Positions 24,643-31,949 of a stretch of 34,513 nt of DNA are shown piece after piece. The notes beneath the pieces were generated by a model that was given only the letters and a program-made list of their open reading frames with translations, searched no databases and was not told the DNA's origin. The position numbers and the translations under genes were made by a program. Origin of the DNA: a virus (lineage: Duplodnaviria; Caudoviricetes); the IMG/VR virus record IMGVR_UViG_3300005512_000154, positions 1-34,513 of that record, one strand, 5' to 3'. How positions within the stretch are numbered: position 1 is the stretch's first letter; each line of letters begins with the position of its first letter.

Positions 24643-24924
24643 TCACGCGGCGGGAACATTGGGAAAACCTCCCAACATCGGTAACCCAACGGTAACCGAG
24701 TCGTCCAGCCCCTCGATAAACCAGACGAGCGGGAAGCCTGTAGCGGTCGCCCAGTGGATCACCTGGCTCACGGTCGGCTCGGTTTCGCCCTTCTCCCACG
24801 AGGACACGGTGCGGCGCGTCGCGCCCACCTTCTTGCCCATCGCAGTCTGTGACATGCCCCGGAACCGGCGGGATTGAGACAGCCTGCCCCCGAGGGTCTG
24901 GTCGGCGGTGAGGATCAACTCCAT
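24643..24924 (-). CDS. Immunity repressor, XRE/CI-type HTH, with C-terminal AA tag
   Basis: RLSQSRRFRGMSQTAMGKKVGATRRTVSSWEKGETEP HTH_3 pattern; AAGGGGGG RBS; ends NVPAA; upstream of int and divergent from the early operon. Confidence 0.88.
   Translation of the reverse strand: MELILTADQTLGGRLSQSRRFRGMSQTAMGKKVGATRRTVSSWEKGETEPTVSQVIHWATATGFPLVWFIEGLDDSVTVGLPMLGGFPNVPAA
24678..24699. other. Candidate attP core inside the repressor 3' end
   Basis: TCGGTAAC-CCAACG-GTAACCGA: 8-bp inverted arms (7/8 match) around a 6-bp asymmetric spacer, which is tyrosine-recombinase core geometry. Confidence 0.55.
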
Positions 24925-24942
24925 GCGATCCAGTGTCCCCCC

Positions 24943-25030
24943 TTGCAACACATGATGCAAGGCGAGGGACGCAACCTGAGAAAAAAACCTTGCATCAAAG
25001 GTTGCAATCCGAATGCACCTCATGTTGAAT
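24943..25030. promoter_or_regulatory. Three 18-bp palindromic operators in the divergent rep/cro region
   Basis: TTGCAACACATGATGCAA (24943-24960), TTGCATCAAAGGTTGCAA (24990-25007), ATGCACCTCATGTTGAAT (25013-25030); AT-rich island in a GC-rich genome. Confidence 0.75.
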
Positions 25031-25041
25031 GAGCGTGCGAT

Positions 25042-25215
25042 ATGGGAAACGAACTGACCACAGTACCGAGCATCGCTGCCCGACTTGGCCTCGACCGCTC
25101 CACAGTCCATCGCCGGATTACGGCCGCCGGCATCGAGCCGAAGCTAGTCGCCGGGCGCACGCGCCTGTTTGACAGGAGCGATGTCGAGGCGCTGTTCACG
25201 GAGGACGACCAGTGA
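25042..25215 (+). CDS. Cro/excisionase-like winged-HTH protein (57 aa)
   Basis: MGNELTTVPSIAARLGLDRSTVHRRITAAGIEPKLVAGRTRLFDRSDVEALFTEDDQ; GTGA overlap with the next gene; below the ORF-track length cutoff. Confidence 0.82.
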   Translation: MGNELTTVPSIAARLGLDRSTVHRRITAAGIEPKLVAGRTRLFDRSDVEALFTEDDQ

Positions 25216-25634
25216 GCCTGCGCCCCTTCTGGTTCATGTACGGCCTTCTCCTCGGGATGCTGCTGTTCATCGCCCTGAGCTGCACACCGAACGAGGTCGC
25301 AGCGTTCGGCACACTGTCACCGGCCGACCAGCAGCGGGTGCTTGATGCGCTCGCCGCCGAACAGCGGCCAACGGACTGCTACGGGGCGCTGCACCACTTC
25401 CCCGGTGACAGGGCGACGGCACGCCGGATCATCCACCGCGAGAGCCGCAACCAGCCGGCCGCCGCGAACCCTTCCTCGAGCGCCAGGGGCTGCTGGCAGC
25501 TCATCCACTCGCTGCACTCCTGGCGCTACAGCGCCGTCGGATGTTCGCCCTCCCAGTGGGCCGACCCGGTGTGCTCGACCAAAGCCGCTGCCCACCTGTA
25601 CCGACAGGCGGGCTGGACACCTTGGGGGTACTGA
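25212..25634 (+). CDS. Secreted or lipoprotein lysozyme-like (SLT/Rpf-like) transglycosylase
   Basis: Signal helix ending IALSC; IIHRES (catalytic Glu), ANPSSSARGCWQ and AAHLYRQAGWTPW motifs; GGAGG RBS. Confidence 0.8.
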   Translation: MSLRPFWFMYGLLLGMLLFIALSCTPNEVAAFGTLSPADQQRVLDALAAEQRPTDCYGALHHFPGDRATARRIIHRESRNQPAAANPSSSARGCWQLIHSLHSWRYSAVGCSPSQWADPVCSTKAAAHLYRQAGWTPWGY

Positions 25635-25636
25635 CA

Positions 25637-25921
25637 ATGGCAACACTGATAGCAGTCACACTGGCGCTCGGCGTCGGGGCCGCAGTCGGCTTCGGCTTCG
25701 GCACCGTGCTCCGTGACGAGCGGGCATACCGTGCCGGCTGGCACGACTGCCTCGACCGGCTCTGCCATCCAGCGGAGCGGCGCCGCCGGCCGCTGCCGCC
25801 ACGGCCGCTGCCCGATGCACGCCGTCGCAGCGACCGTGCGCTCGGCACCCTCGACGCCGCACTGCTGGGAATCATGCTGGCGTCACTCATCATCGGCGCC
25901 TCGATCCTGTTCGGTGGCTGA
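25637..25921 (+). CDS. Two-TM membrane protein
   Basis: Hydrophobic N- and C-terminal helices with an Arg/Pro-rich loop. Confidence 0.6.
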   Translation: MATLIAVTLALGVGAAVGFGFGTVLRDERAYRAGWHDCLDRLCHPAERRRRPLPPRPLPDARRRSDRALGTLDAALLGIMLASLIIGASILFGG

Positions 25922-25923
25922 CC

Positions 25924-26208
25924 GTGATCCCCACCGAAGCCTGCCCGAGGTGCGGTGAGCCGACGCTGCCGCACGACATGCACGACGAACGCATCTGCGG
26001 CGACTGCTGCCGGGTATGCCACGACGACCAGCTGCCGGCACCCGACCCCGCCGAGTACCTGCCACGGGTGCTGGTCGGCCTGGCGCTCAACGGCATAGCG
26101 GACGACATCCTCCACTGGGCCAACGACGTGCTGCTGGAGCTGCCCGACCGTGACCGACTCGAGGAGCTGCTCGACAAAATGAGGAAAGCGGCGGAACTCG
26201 ATGGCTGA
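25924..26208 (+). CDS. Hypothetical protein with Cys-rich zinc-ribbon-like N-terminus
   Basis: CPRCG...CGDCCRVCH. Confidence 0.6.
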   Translation: MIPTEACPRCGEPTLPHDMHDERICGDCCRVCHDDQLPAPDPAEYLPRVLVGLALNGIADDILHWANDVLLELPDRDRLEELLDKMRKAAELDG

Positions 26209-26413
26209 CCACACCTGGCAGATCATCCTCGGCGGACTGTCGAACCCGGCGCTGAACGGGCTCACCGGCTGGGAGATCATCAACCTGGAGCTGGACGACC
26301 CGGCGTTGTGGGTGACGCTCACCCCCGGGGAGCAGGGTGTGATCCGACACGCTGCCCAGGTCGCCAGCGACGAACGCGCCCGGGACGTGATGCGGGAGTT
26401 CGGCGATGGGTGA
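26201..26413 (+). CDS. Hypothetical protein
   Basis: Overlaps both neighbours in operon fashion. Confidence 0.55.
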   Translation: MADHTWQIILGGLSNPALNGLTGWEIINLELDDPALWVTLTPGEQGVIRHAAQVASDERARDVMREFGDG

Positions 26414-26930
26414 TGTCATCGCACTCAACCCCACCATGACGGTGCTCGGCTTCGACGTGTCGCTGCGCCGAACCGGCTGGGCCACGCTCGACTACGACAA
26501 CGGCAAGCTGCTCGACTGCGGCACGATCGAACCGTCGCCACGGTTGACCACCGTTGAGTCCATAGCGTCGATCAGCACGCAGGTGACCGGCGTCATATCG
26601 CAATGTGAGAACCGTGGTGGCGTCGATGTCGCCATCGAGGAGGGCATCGCCTACCGCTCGGGGCGCACCACACGAGTGCTCGCAATGGCATGGGCCGCAG
26701 TCGCCCTGTCCACCTGGGACCGACTCGGCATCGAGCCCTATGAGGTCAACACCTCGGAGGTGAAGAAGGCCGCAACGGGCGAGGGCAACGCCTCCAAGGG
26801 CCGGGTGACGAACGCAGCCGTGGGGAAGTGGGATGTGCGGGCCGATGACCCCGACATCGCGGATGCCTGCTGGGTTGCCGAGGTGTGCCGACTGCACATG
26901 CACGCAAGGTTTCCAGAGGGTGCGGCATGA
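26406..26930 (+). CDS. ruvC: RuvC-like Holliday junction resolvase
   Basis: VLGFDVSLRRTGWA, VAIEE, EVKKAATGEGNASK and DIADA catalytic motifs. Confidence 0.9.
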   Translation: MGDVIALNPTMTVLGFDVSLRRTGWATLDYDNGKLLDCGTIEPSPRLTTVESIASISTQVTGVISQCENRGGVDVAIEEGIAYRSGRTTRVLAMAWAAVALSTWDRLGIEPYEVNTSEVKKAATGEGNASKGRVTNAAVGKWDVRADDPDIADACWVAEVCRLHMHARFPEGAA

Positions 26931-27535
26931 GATCCCACGGCACCCGCGCCTGCTACGTCTACGGCCCCGAACCCGGCCAGGACTGGACCAAGGGCTGCCG
27001 CTGCGCCGACTGCTCCATTGCCGCAGGCGACTACGAGGTCGCCCGACGGCGGGCGCGGGAAGCGGGCGTCCAGCCGTTCGTTGATAACAGCGAGGCCCGC
27101 GAGCACCTGTTGTGGCTCCAGTCCCAGGGCGTCGGACTGCGCTCCGTGCAGCAACGCTCAGGCGTGGGGCGCACGGCCCTGTCGATGATCCGCTCAGGTG
27201 AGCGCACCCGATCACGGCCCGAGACAGTGGAGGCCATCCTCGCTGTGCATCTCGGCAACGCTGCCCCCGGCGCACACGTTGACGCAAGCCGCACACACCG
27301 TGAGGTGGCAGACCTGCTCGACCTCGGATGGTCGAAGGCGGCCATCGCCCGTGCGGTCGTGTCCCCGACGGCGCGTGCGCTCCAGTTCAGGGGCCCCAGG
27401 GTGCTGCGGTCAACGGCGGACAAGGTCCACGCCCTGTGGGAACGGGAGATGACCCCGACCCTCGAGGAGCGCCGCCGGAACGCCGAACGACGGGCCCACT
27501 ACCGGGCGCTCGAACGCGAGAGGCAGGCGTCGTGA
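26927..27535 (+). CDS. DNA-binding protein (HGT..Y/GCRC..C zinc motif plus two HTH-like segments)
   Basis: HGTRACY...GCRCADC; GVGLRSVQQRSGVGRTALSMI; GWSKAAIARA; ATGA overlap. Confidence 0.72.
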   Translation: MRSHGTRACYVYGPEPGQDWTKGCRCADCSIAAGDYEVARRRAREAGVQPFVDNSEAREHLLWLQSQGVGLRSVQQRSGVGRTALSMIRSGERTRSRPETVEAILAVHLGNAAPGAHVDASRTHREVADLLDLGWSKAAIARAVVSPTARALQFRGPRVLRSTADKVHALWEREMTPTLEERRRNAERRAHYRALERERQAS

Positions 27536-27912
27536 CCCGTGGCACCGGAGCCGACATGCACTGGGCGGTACACGCCGCGTGCCGTGGCATGGACACCGCA
27601 CTGTTCTACTCGTGGGGCACCACGTCCCGGCGTGGCCGGCCGGCCAGCAGACGTGGCGACCGCTACGTGGACCCACGGCTCAAGCAGGCGTGTGCCCGCT
27701 GCCCGGTGCGGGTCGAGTGCCTGGAGCACGCCCTCGAGCACTGGGAGCACGGCTGGTGGGGTGGCACCTCGGAGGACGACCGACGGGAGATGCGGCCGCT
27801 CGGCGTCAGGGCCAGGCGGCTCGAATCCGGCATGGCCGAGTGGGAGTTCCCCGGCAAACGACACGAACAACGGCTGGCGCAACGGCGCTGGCGGGAGGAG
27901 CGGGACGGATGA
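27532..27912 (+). CDS. whiB: WhiB-family transcription regulator
   Basis: AACRG...LFY...CARCPVRVEC...GWWGG: four Cys plus a G[VW]WGG turn. Confidence 0.92.
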   Translation: MTRGTGADMHWAVHAACRGMDTALFYSWGTTSRRGRPASRRGDRYVDPRLKQACARCPVRVECLEHALEHWEHGWWGGTSEDDRREMRPLGVRARRLESGMAEWEFPGKRHEQRLAQRRWREERDG

Positions 27913-29597
27913 TCCGCAGGGCAAGTGACCCCGAACGATTCAGGACCACCTACTACGGCGCACGGCGCTACATCGACCCGCTGCCCGCCGATGGCACCTG
28001 GGAACCGACGGGCGACAAGGAGCGGCTGGTCAACTGCACCAGCATCGCCAAGGAGGTCGGCTCGCAGTCGTTCTTCAAGAAGGTGGGCGACGCCCGTGTG
28101 CCGCTGGATGCGTTGCGGGTGGCCGACTACGCCATCGACGCCTGGGACCGGCTGACGGAGATGCCGGCCGATGAGCGACGGCTGGCCCTCGCCCAGTCCG
28201 CAAGCCGGGACCTCAACCGTGCCGCCGACCGGGGCACCGCCGTCCACGCACTGATCGAGGCACTGCTACGGGGTGAGCAGCCGATGCTGCTCGAGGCGGA
28301 AGCCGAACAGTACGGCGACGTTGCCGAGCAGGTCGCCAAGGAGTTTGCCGACAGCTTCACCCACCAGGAGGTCGTCGCCTTCGCCCGTGACTTCGACTAC
28401 CACGAGGGCTACGGCGGCACGTTCGACGCCTGGCACGCCGACGGTGCCGTACTGGCCGACTGGAAAACCCGAGGCCCCGACTCGCAGCATGGCTGCTACG
28501 AGAAGGAGGTCGCACAGCTCGGCCTTGCCCAGCTTTGCGACTACTGGATCGCACCCACCGACGACGGCGGCGTGGTGCGGCGGCCGGTGCCGACCTTCGA
28601 GCGGATGCAGGTCGTGTCGATCCGCCCGGACGGCTTCGAGGTGTTCGACGTGGACCCCGGGCTCGCCGTCGAGGTCGCCCGCGAGGCGCTGAGCATCTAC
28701 AAGGCACGCCGGGTCGGGGCATCCAAGGCCCGCAGTGCCACCAGCACACCCCGCCATTCCGTGGCGGCGGGTCACAACAACCACCAAGCAGATGGGACTG
28801 TGGAAGGTCAACCATCCGCCGACCCGTCGCCCGGTTCGTCGCCCGAGGCCCCCTCCTTCGCCACCTCGGGCGACTCGCCGGCCCAGTCGAGCGCCCTACA
28901 CGGCGGCGCTCCTGGGCCGGCACCCTCACCCGAACAACTCGACTGGTTCGCCGGTCGTTACGCCACGATCAGCGAACACCTCGACAAGGCCGACATCATC
29001 AGGGCGTGGGCGGCCGCCGGCCTGGAGATCGGCCCGAAGAATGTCGCCGACATGAACGCCGAGCAGTTCGCCGCTGCGGTGAAGGTGCTCGACGCCCTCG
29101 AGGCCGACGCCGGCATCCCCTTCGGTGAACCCGACCCGGCGCAACCGAAACGCAAGCCACGCCACGCCCCGATCGAGGACACCCCGAAGGTGGAGCCGTT
29201 GCCGATCCCCGGCGGCGACGGCGAGCCGGTGGAGGCCGGCGACGTGACCGCACTGCGGGACGCCCTCGGCCGACTGGATGACATGCACCGCGGCAACGTG
29301 CAGCGGTGGATGCGGGAGGGCCAGCGGGCGAAGCGGCCGTGGTGGACACCTGGCGCCGACGTGGTGCCGACCCGTCACTTCGAGGTCGCACGGGCCGCCA
29401 TCGGCATGGCCGGCCAGGAACGCATCGACGACGACGAGATCGCACGGGCATGGCTCGCACTCGTCATCGGCGAGGAGCAGTGCCAGCGGCACCCACCCGG
29501 CGCCCTGCTCGGGACGCTCACCATCGACGAGGCCCGCAAGGTCGCCGACCTGGCACACCTCGACAACTTCGCAGCGGCTCTCGCCGCTACGGCATAG
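27909..29597 (+). CDS. PD-(D/E)XK (RecB/Cas4-like) exonuclease with long C-terminal extension
   Basis: AADRGTAVHALIE, YGGTFD, LADWKT and QL motifs; Pro/Ser linker followed by helical domains. Confidence 0.8.
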   Translation: MIRRASDPERFRTTYYGARRYIDPLPADGTWEPTGDKERLVNCTSIAKEVGSQSFFKKVGDARVPLDALRVADYAIDAWDRLTEMPADERRLALAQSASRDLNRAADRGTAVHALIEALLRGEQPMLLEAEAEQYGDVAEQVAKEFADSFTHQEVVAFARDFDYHEGYGGTFDAWHADGAVLADWKTRGPDSQHGCYEKEVAQLGLAQLCDYWIAPTDDGGVVRRPVPTFERMQVVSIRPDGFEVFDVDPGLAVEVAREALSIYKARRVGASKARSATSTPRHSVAAGHNNHQADGTVEGQPSADPSPGSSPEAPSFATSGDSPAQSSALHGGAPGPAPSPEQLDWFAGRYATISEHLDKADIIRAWAAAGLEIGPKNVADMNAEQFAAAVKVLDALEADAGIPFGEPDPAQPKRKPRHAPIEDTPKVEPLPIPGGDGEPVEAGDVTALRDALGRLDDMHRGNVQRWMREGQRAKRPWWTPGADVVPTRHFEVARAAIGMAGQERIDDDEIARAWLALVIGEEQCQRHPPGALLGTLTIDEARKVADLAHLDNFAAALAATA

Positions 29598-29627
29598 CAA
29601 CAGAAACAGAAACCAGGAGGACATGAA

Positions 29628-30005
29628 ATGAGCAAGTACGACGACCTCGACTTCGAGGAAGTGGAAGTGACCGGTGGCGGGTGGTTCAAGTTCGCCAACG
29701 TCGGCGATGCCGTGACAGGCACCGTCGTCCAGCTCGACACCGGTTCGGGCACCACCTTCGACGGCGACCCCTGCCCCGAGCTGCTGCTGCAGACCGAGGA
29801 CGGCGAGCTGGTGCGGGTGACCCAGGACAAGGGCGCCCTGCGGGACGCCATCACCGCCGCCCGCCTGTCGGTCGACGACGTGGTCAAGGTGCAGCGCCAG
29901 AGCGACAAGACCTCTGCCGCCGGCCGGGACTACCAGACGTTCAAGACCTACGTCGCCCGCGGTGCCGGCAAGCCGGTGCTGAAGGCCGACGAGGAGGCGT
30001 TCTGA
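29628..30005 (+). CDS. Single-stranded DNA-binding protein-like (OB-fold)
   Basis: AGGAGG RBS; FKFANVGDAVTGTVV start; acidic-aromatic tail DEEAF. Confidence 0.65.
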   Translation: MSKYDDLDFEEVEVTGGGWFKFANVGDAVTGTVVQLDTGSGTTFDGDPCPELLLQTEDGELVRVTQDKGALRDAITAARLSVDDVVKVQRQSDKTSAAGRDYQTFKTYVARGAGKPVLKADEEAF

Positions 30006-30949
30006 TGGGAACCAACGGAAGCAACGACTACAACCACCAGCCCTTCGAGGAGGTGTTCAAGCGCATGGGCGTCCACTTCAAGTTGGTGCCCGAGTTCAAG
30101 CTCGACGATCTCGTCGACGTGCCCGAGTCGCAGGTGCGGCACCGCAGCCACAAGGCTCCCAAGCCGAACGTGGACGCATACGCAGAGCAGATGGGTCACG
30201 GGGCGCAGTTCCCGCCACTGGTTGCCGTCGACGCGACCCAAGGTGCCGTGCTGTGCGACGGCAACACACGCGCCGCGGCTGCCCGCAAGATCGGTCGGGC
30301 CACATTCCCGGTGTACCTACTGCGAAACCTCACGATGGATGAAGCGTTCATCGTGTCGGGCGTGCTCAACCAGATCGGTGGGCAGCGACTCGACACCGTG
30401 GAGGGCAAGGAACTGGCCCTGCGGATGATGGAGCAGGACTACAGCGACGCCGAGGTGGCCGAACTCTCCGGTCAGCGACCCGACACCGTGCGGCGCTGGC
30501 GTCGGGAGAAGCGGTTCGAGCGCAACATCGCGGACTGCGGCATCGACATGACCGGCGTCAGCATCCCGCAGGCAGCCAAGGCTGCGTTCTCCGAGGTGCG
30601 CGAGATGGAGCCGTTGCGGGAAGTCATCGAGTCGGCCCGCAATGTCCAGTGGACCGTCAAGAGTGCCAAGGAGGCCGCCAAGGCCGTGGCCGAAGGCCGC
30701 AGCGATGCGGAGAAGGTGGCGGCCATCAAGGCGGTGTCAGACAAACTGGACCACCCCGGACCTCGGCCGGTGAAGCCCCGCAAGGAAACGGCCTTCGAGA
30801 AGCTGACCCGCGACGCCGCCAAGTTGGCCGACCGTATCGGCAAGGTCGATCCACCGAAGGTGCTGGACGCTGGCGACGCCTACGAACTGCATAAGGTGTG
30901 GTCGTCGCTGGCCGATGCGGCACTCAACGTCGCTGGGGCCTACGAGTGA
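30005..30949 (+). CDS. ParB/Srx-like N-terminal domain protein with HTH
   Basis: VDAYAEQM...FPPLV...LCDGNTRAAA ParB-N motif; SDAEVAELSGQRPDTVRRW HTH. Confidence 0.75.
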   Translation: MGTNGSNDYNHQPFEEVFKRMGVHFKLVPEFKLDDLVDVPESQVRHRSHKAPKPNVDAYAEQMGHGAQFPPLVAVDATQGAVLCDGNTRAAAARKIGRATFPVYLLRNLTMDEAFIVSGVLNQIGGQRLDTVEGKELALRMMEQDYSDAEVAELSGQRPDTVRRWRREKRFERNIADCGIDMTGVSIPQAAKAAFSEVREMEPLREVIESARNVQWTVKSAKEAAKAVAEGRSDAEKVAAIKAVSDKLDHPGPRPVKPRKETAFEKLTRDAAKLADRIGKVDPPKVLDAGDAYELHKVWSSLADAALNVAGAYE

Positions 30950-31605
30950 CCGAGGACCATATGCGGTCAAACAGGCCGAAGCGTGGTTCCCATGTGGACG
31001 ACCACGGCCGCAACCTGATCGGCGCTTACTACCGGGCGGGCGGGGACATCGACGTTCCCGCCCGCCAGGAGCAGGTGCTCAAGGAACTCGAGGCGTGGTA
31101 CGACTCGCACGGCGCCCAGCTCGGCGACCTCCATCGCAAGATGGCGGGACGCATGGAGTCCACCCGACTGCATCAAGACGGCATCGTGATGCAGCACATG
31201 CGGCAGTCGTTCGGGAACCTTCGCCGCTCCGGCACGGTCACCGGAGGCAGAGCCAGCGACACCGAGGTGACCTACCACCGCGCCGTGACATTCAAGGATC
31301 TCCACAGCGGCGAGGTTCACCGACTCACCCGTGACTGGTTCAATCAGAACGCCGCCCCACCACCCGAACGCAAGGTGCAGAGGGCCGTGCAAGCGGTCCT
31401 GCGCGACGACATGGACCACCGTGCGGTCGCCATCTACCTACTCGGTGGCACTGCGCCGGGGATGGCCGACCGGGGATTAGCCCACAAGGGCTCGGTGCGC
31501 AGCCTCCGCAGCCTGTTCGGGGCCGACACCACGACCAACGCCACCAGGCAGGAAGTGATGCGCCAGCTCGTCGAGAAAATCTGGCCCGACGAGTACCCCG
31601 AGTGA
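30946..31605 (+). CDS. Hypothetical protein
   Basis: GTGA overlaps on both sides; alternative ATG at 30961 with a GAGGA RBS. Confidence 0.65.
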   Translation: MTEDHMRSNRPKRGSHVDDHGRNLIGAYYRAGGDIDVPARQEQVLKELEAWYDSHGAQLGDLHRKMAGRMESTRLHQDGIVMQHMRQSFGNLRRSGTVTGGRASDTEVTYHRAVTFKDLHSGEVHRLTRDWFNQNAAPPPERKVQRAVQAVLRDDMDHRAVAIYLLGGTAPGMADRGLAHKGSVRSLRSLFGADTTTNATRQEVMRQLVEKIWPDEYPE

Positions 31606-31949
31606 CCCAACCCCAAGCCGTGGCCGTGCTCCTCGATGCAGTCATCTGGCACGGCTACCGCCTGAACGACGACGCCCTGACCCTGCTCGAGCACGACGCC
31701 ACCGCCCACTCGGCCGCAGTAGCCGCGCTCAGCGTCTACGAGGGCGACACATGGGAAGGCGCCCAACGCCGACTCAAGGCCGTTCAGGACGCCACACAAG
31801 ACGATATCCGACCCCTGTTCGACCTCTGGTGCGATGACACACAGACGATGGAAACCGCCACCACAAACGCGCTCACGGTCCTATGGCGGGCCGCTGAACG
31901 CCGACGCCTGGCAACCGAACTTCAACGACTCGACACGGCCACACCATGA
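31602..31949 (+). CDS. Hypothetical protein, weak DnaB N-terminal-domain resemblance
   Basis: Helical 115 aa ending ALTVLWRAAERRRLATEL; ATGA-coupled to the helicase. Confidence 0.55.
   Translation: MTQPQAVAVLLDAVIWHGYRLNDDALTLLEHDATAHSAAVAALSVYEGDTWEGAQRRLKAVQDATQDDIRPLFDLWCDDTQTMETATTNALTVLWRAAERRRLATELQRLDTATP

Noticed and set aside
24643-24720. tRNA-derived attP or a tRNA gene
   Set aside because: No GTTCGAATC/GGATTCGAACC T-arm or cloverleaf is visible here, and I noticed none elsewhere in the window
24925-25110. Extended 155-aa repressor ORF from the track (start 25110)
   Set aside because: The extension runs through the operators and antisense to the cro-like gene; ATG 24924 has an RBS and gives a clean HTH protein
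26918-26930. C-terminal AA on RuvC (and on the tail tube) as degradation tags
   Set aside because: For RuvC it is explained by the GCGGCATGA stop/start overlap; Ala-Ala ends are common in high-GC genes, and there is no supporting context as there is for rep/int
27909-29597. Cas4-like gene as evidence of a CRISPR-Cas system
   Set aside because: Stand-alone phage PD-(D/E)XK nuclease without the Cas4 Fe-S cysteine pattern, array or other cas genes
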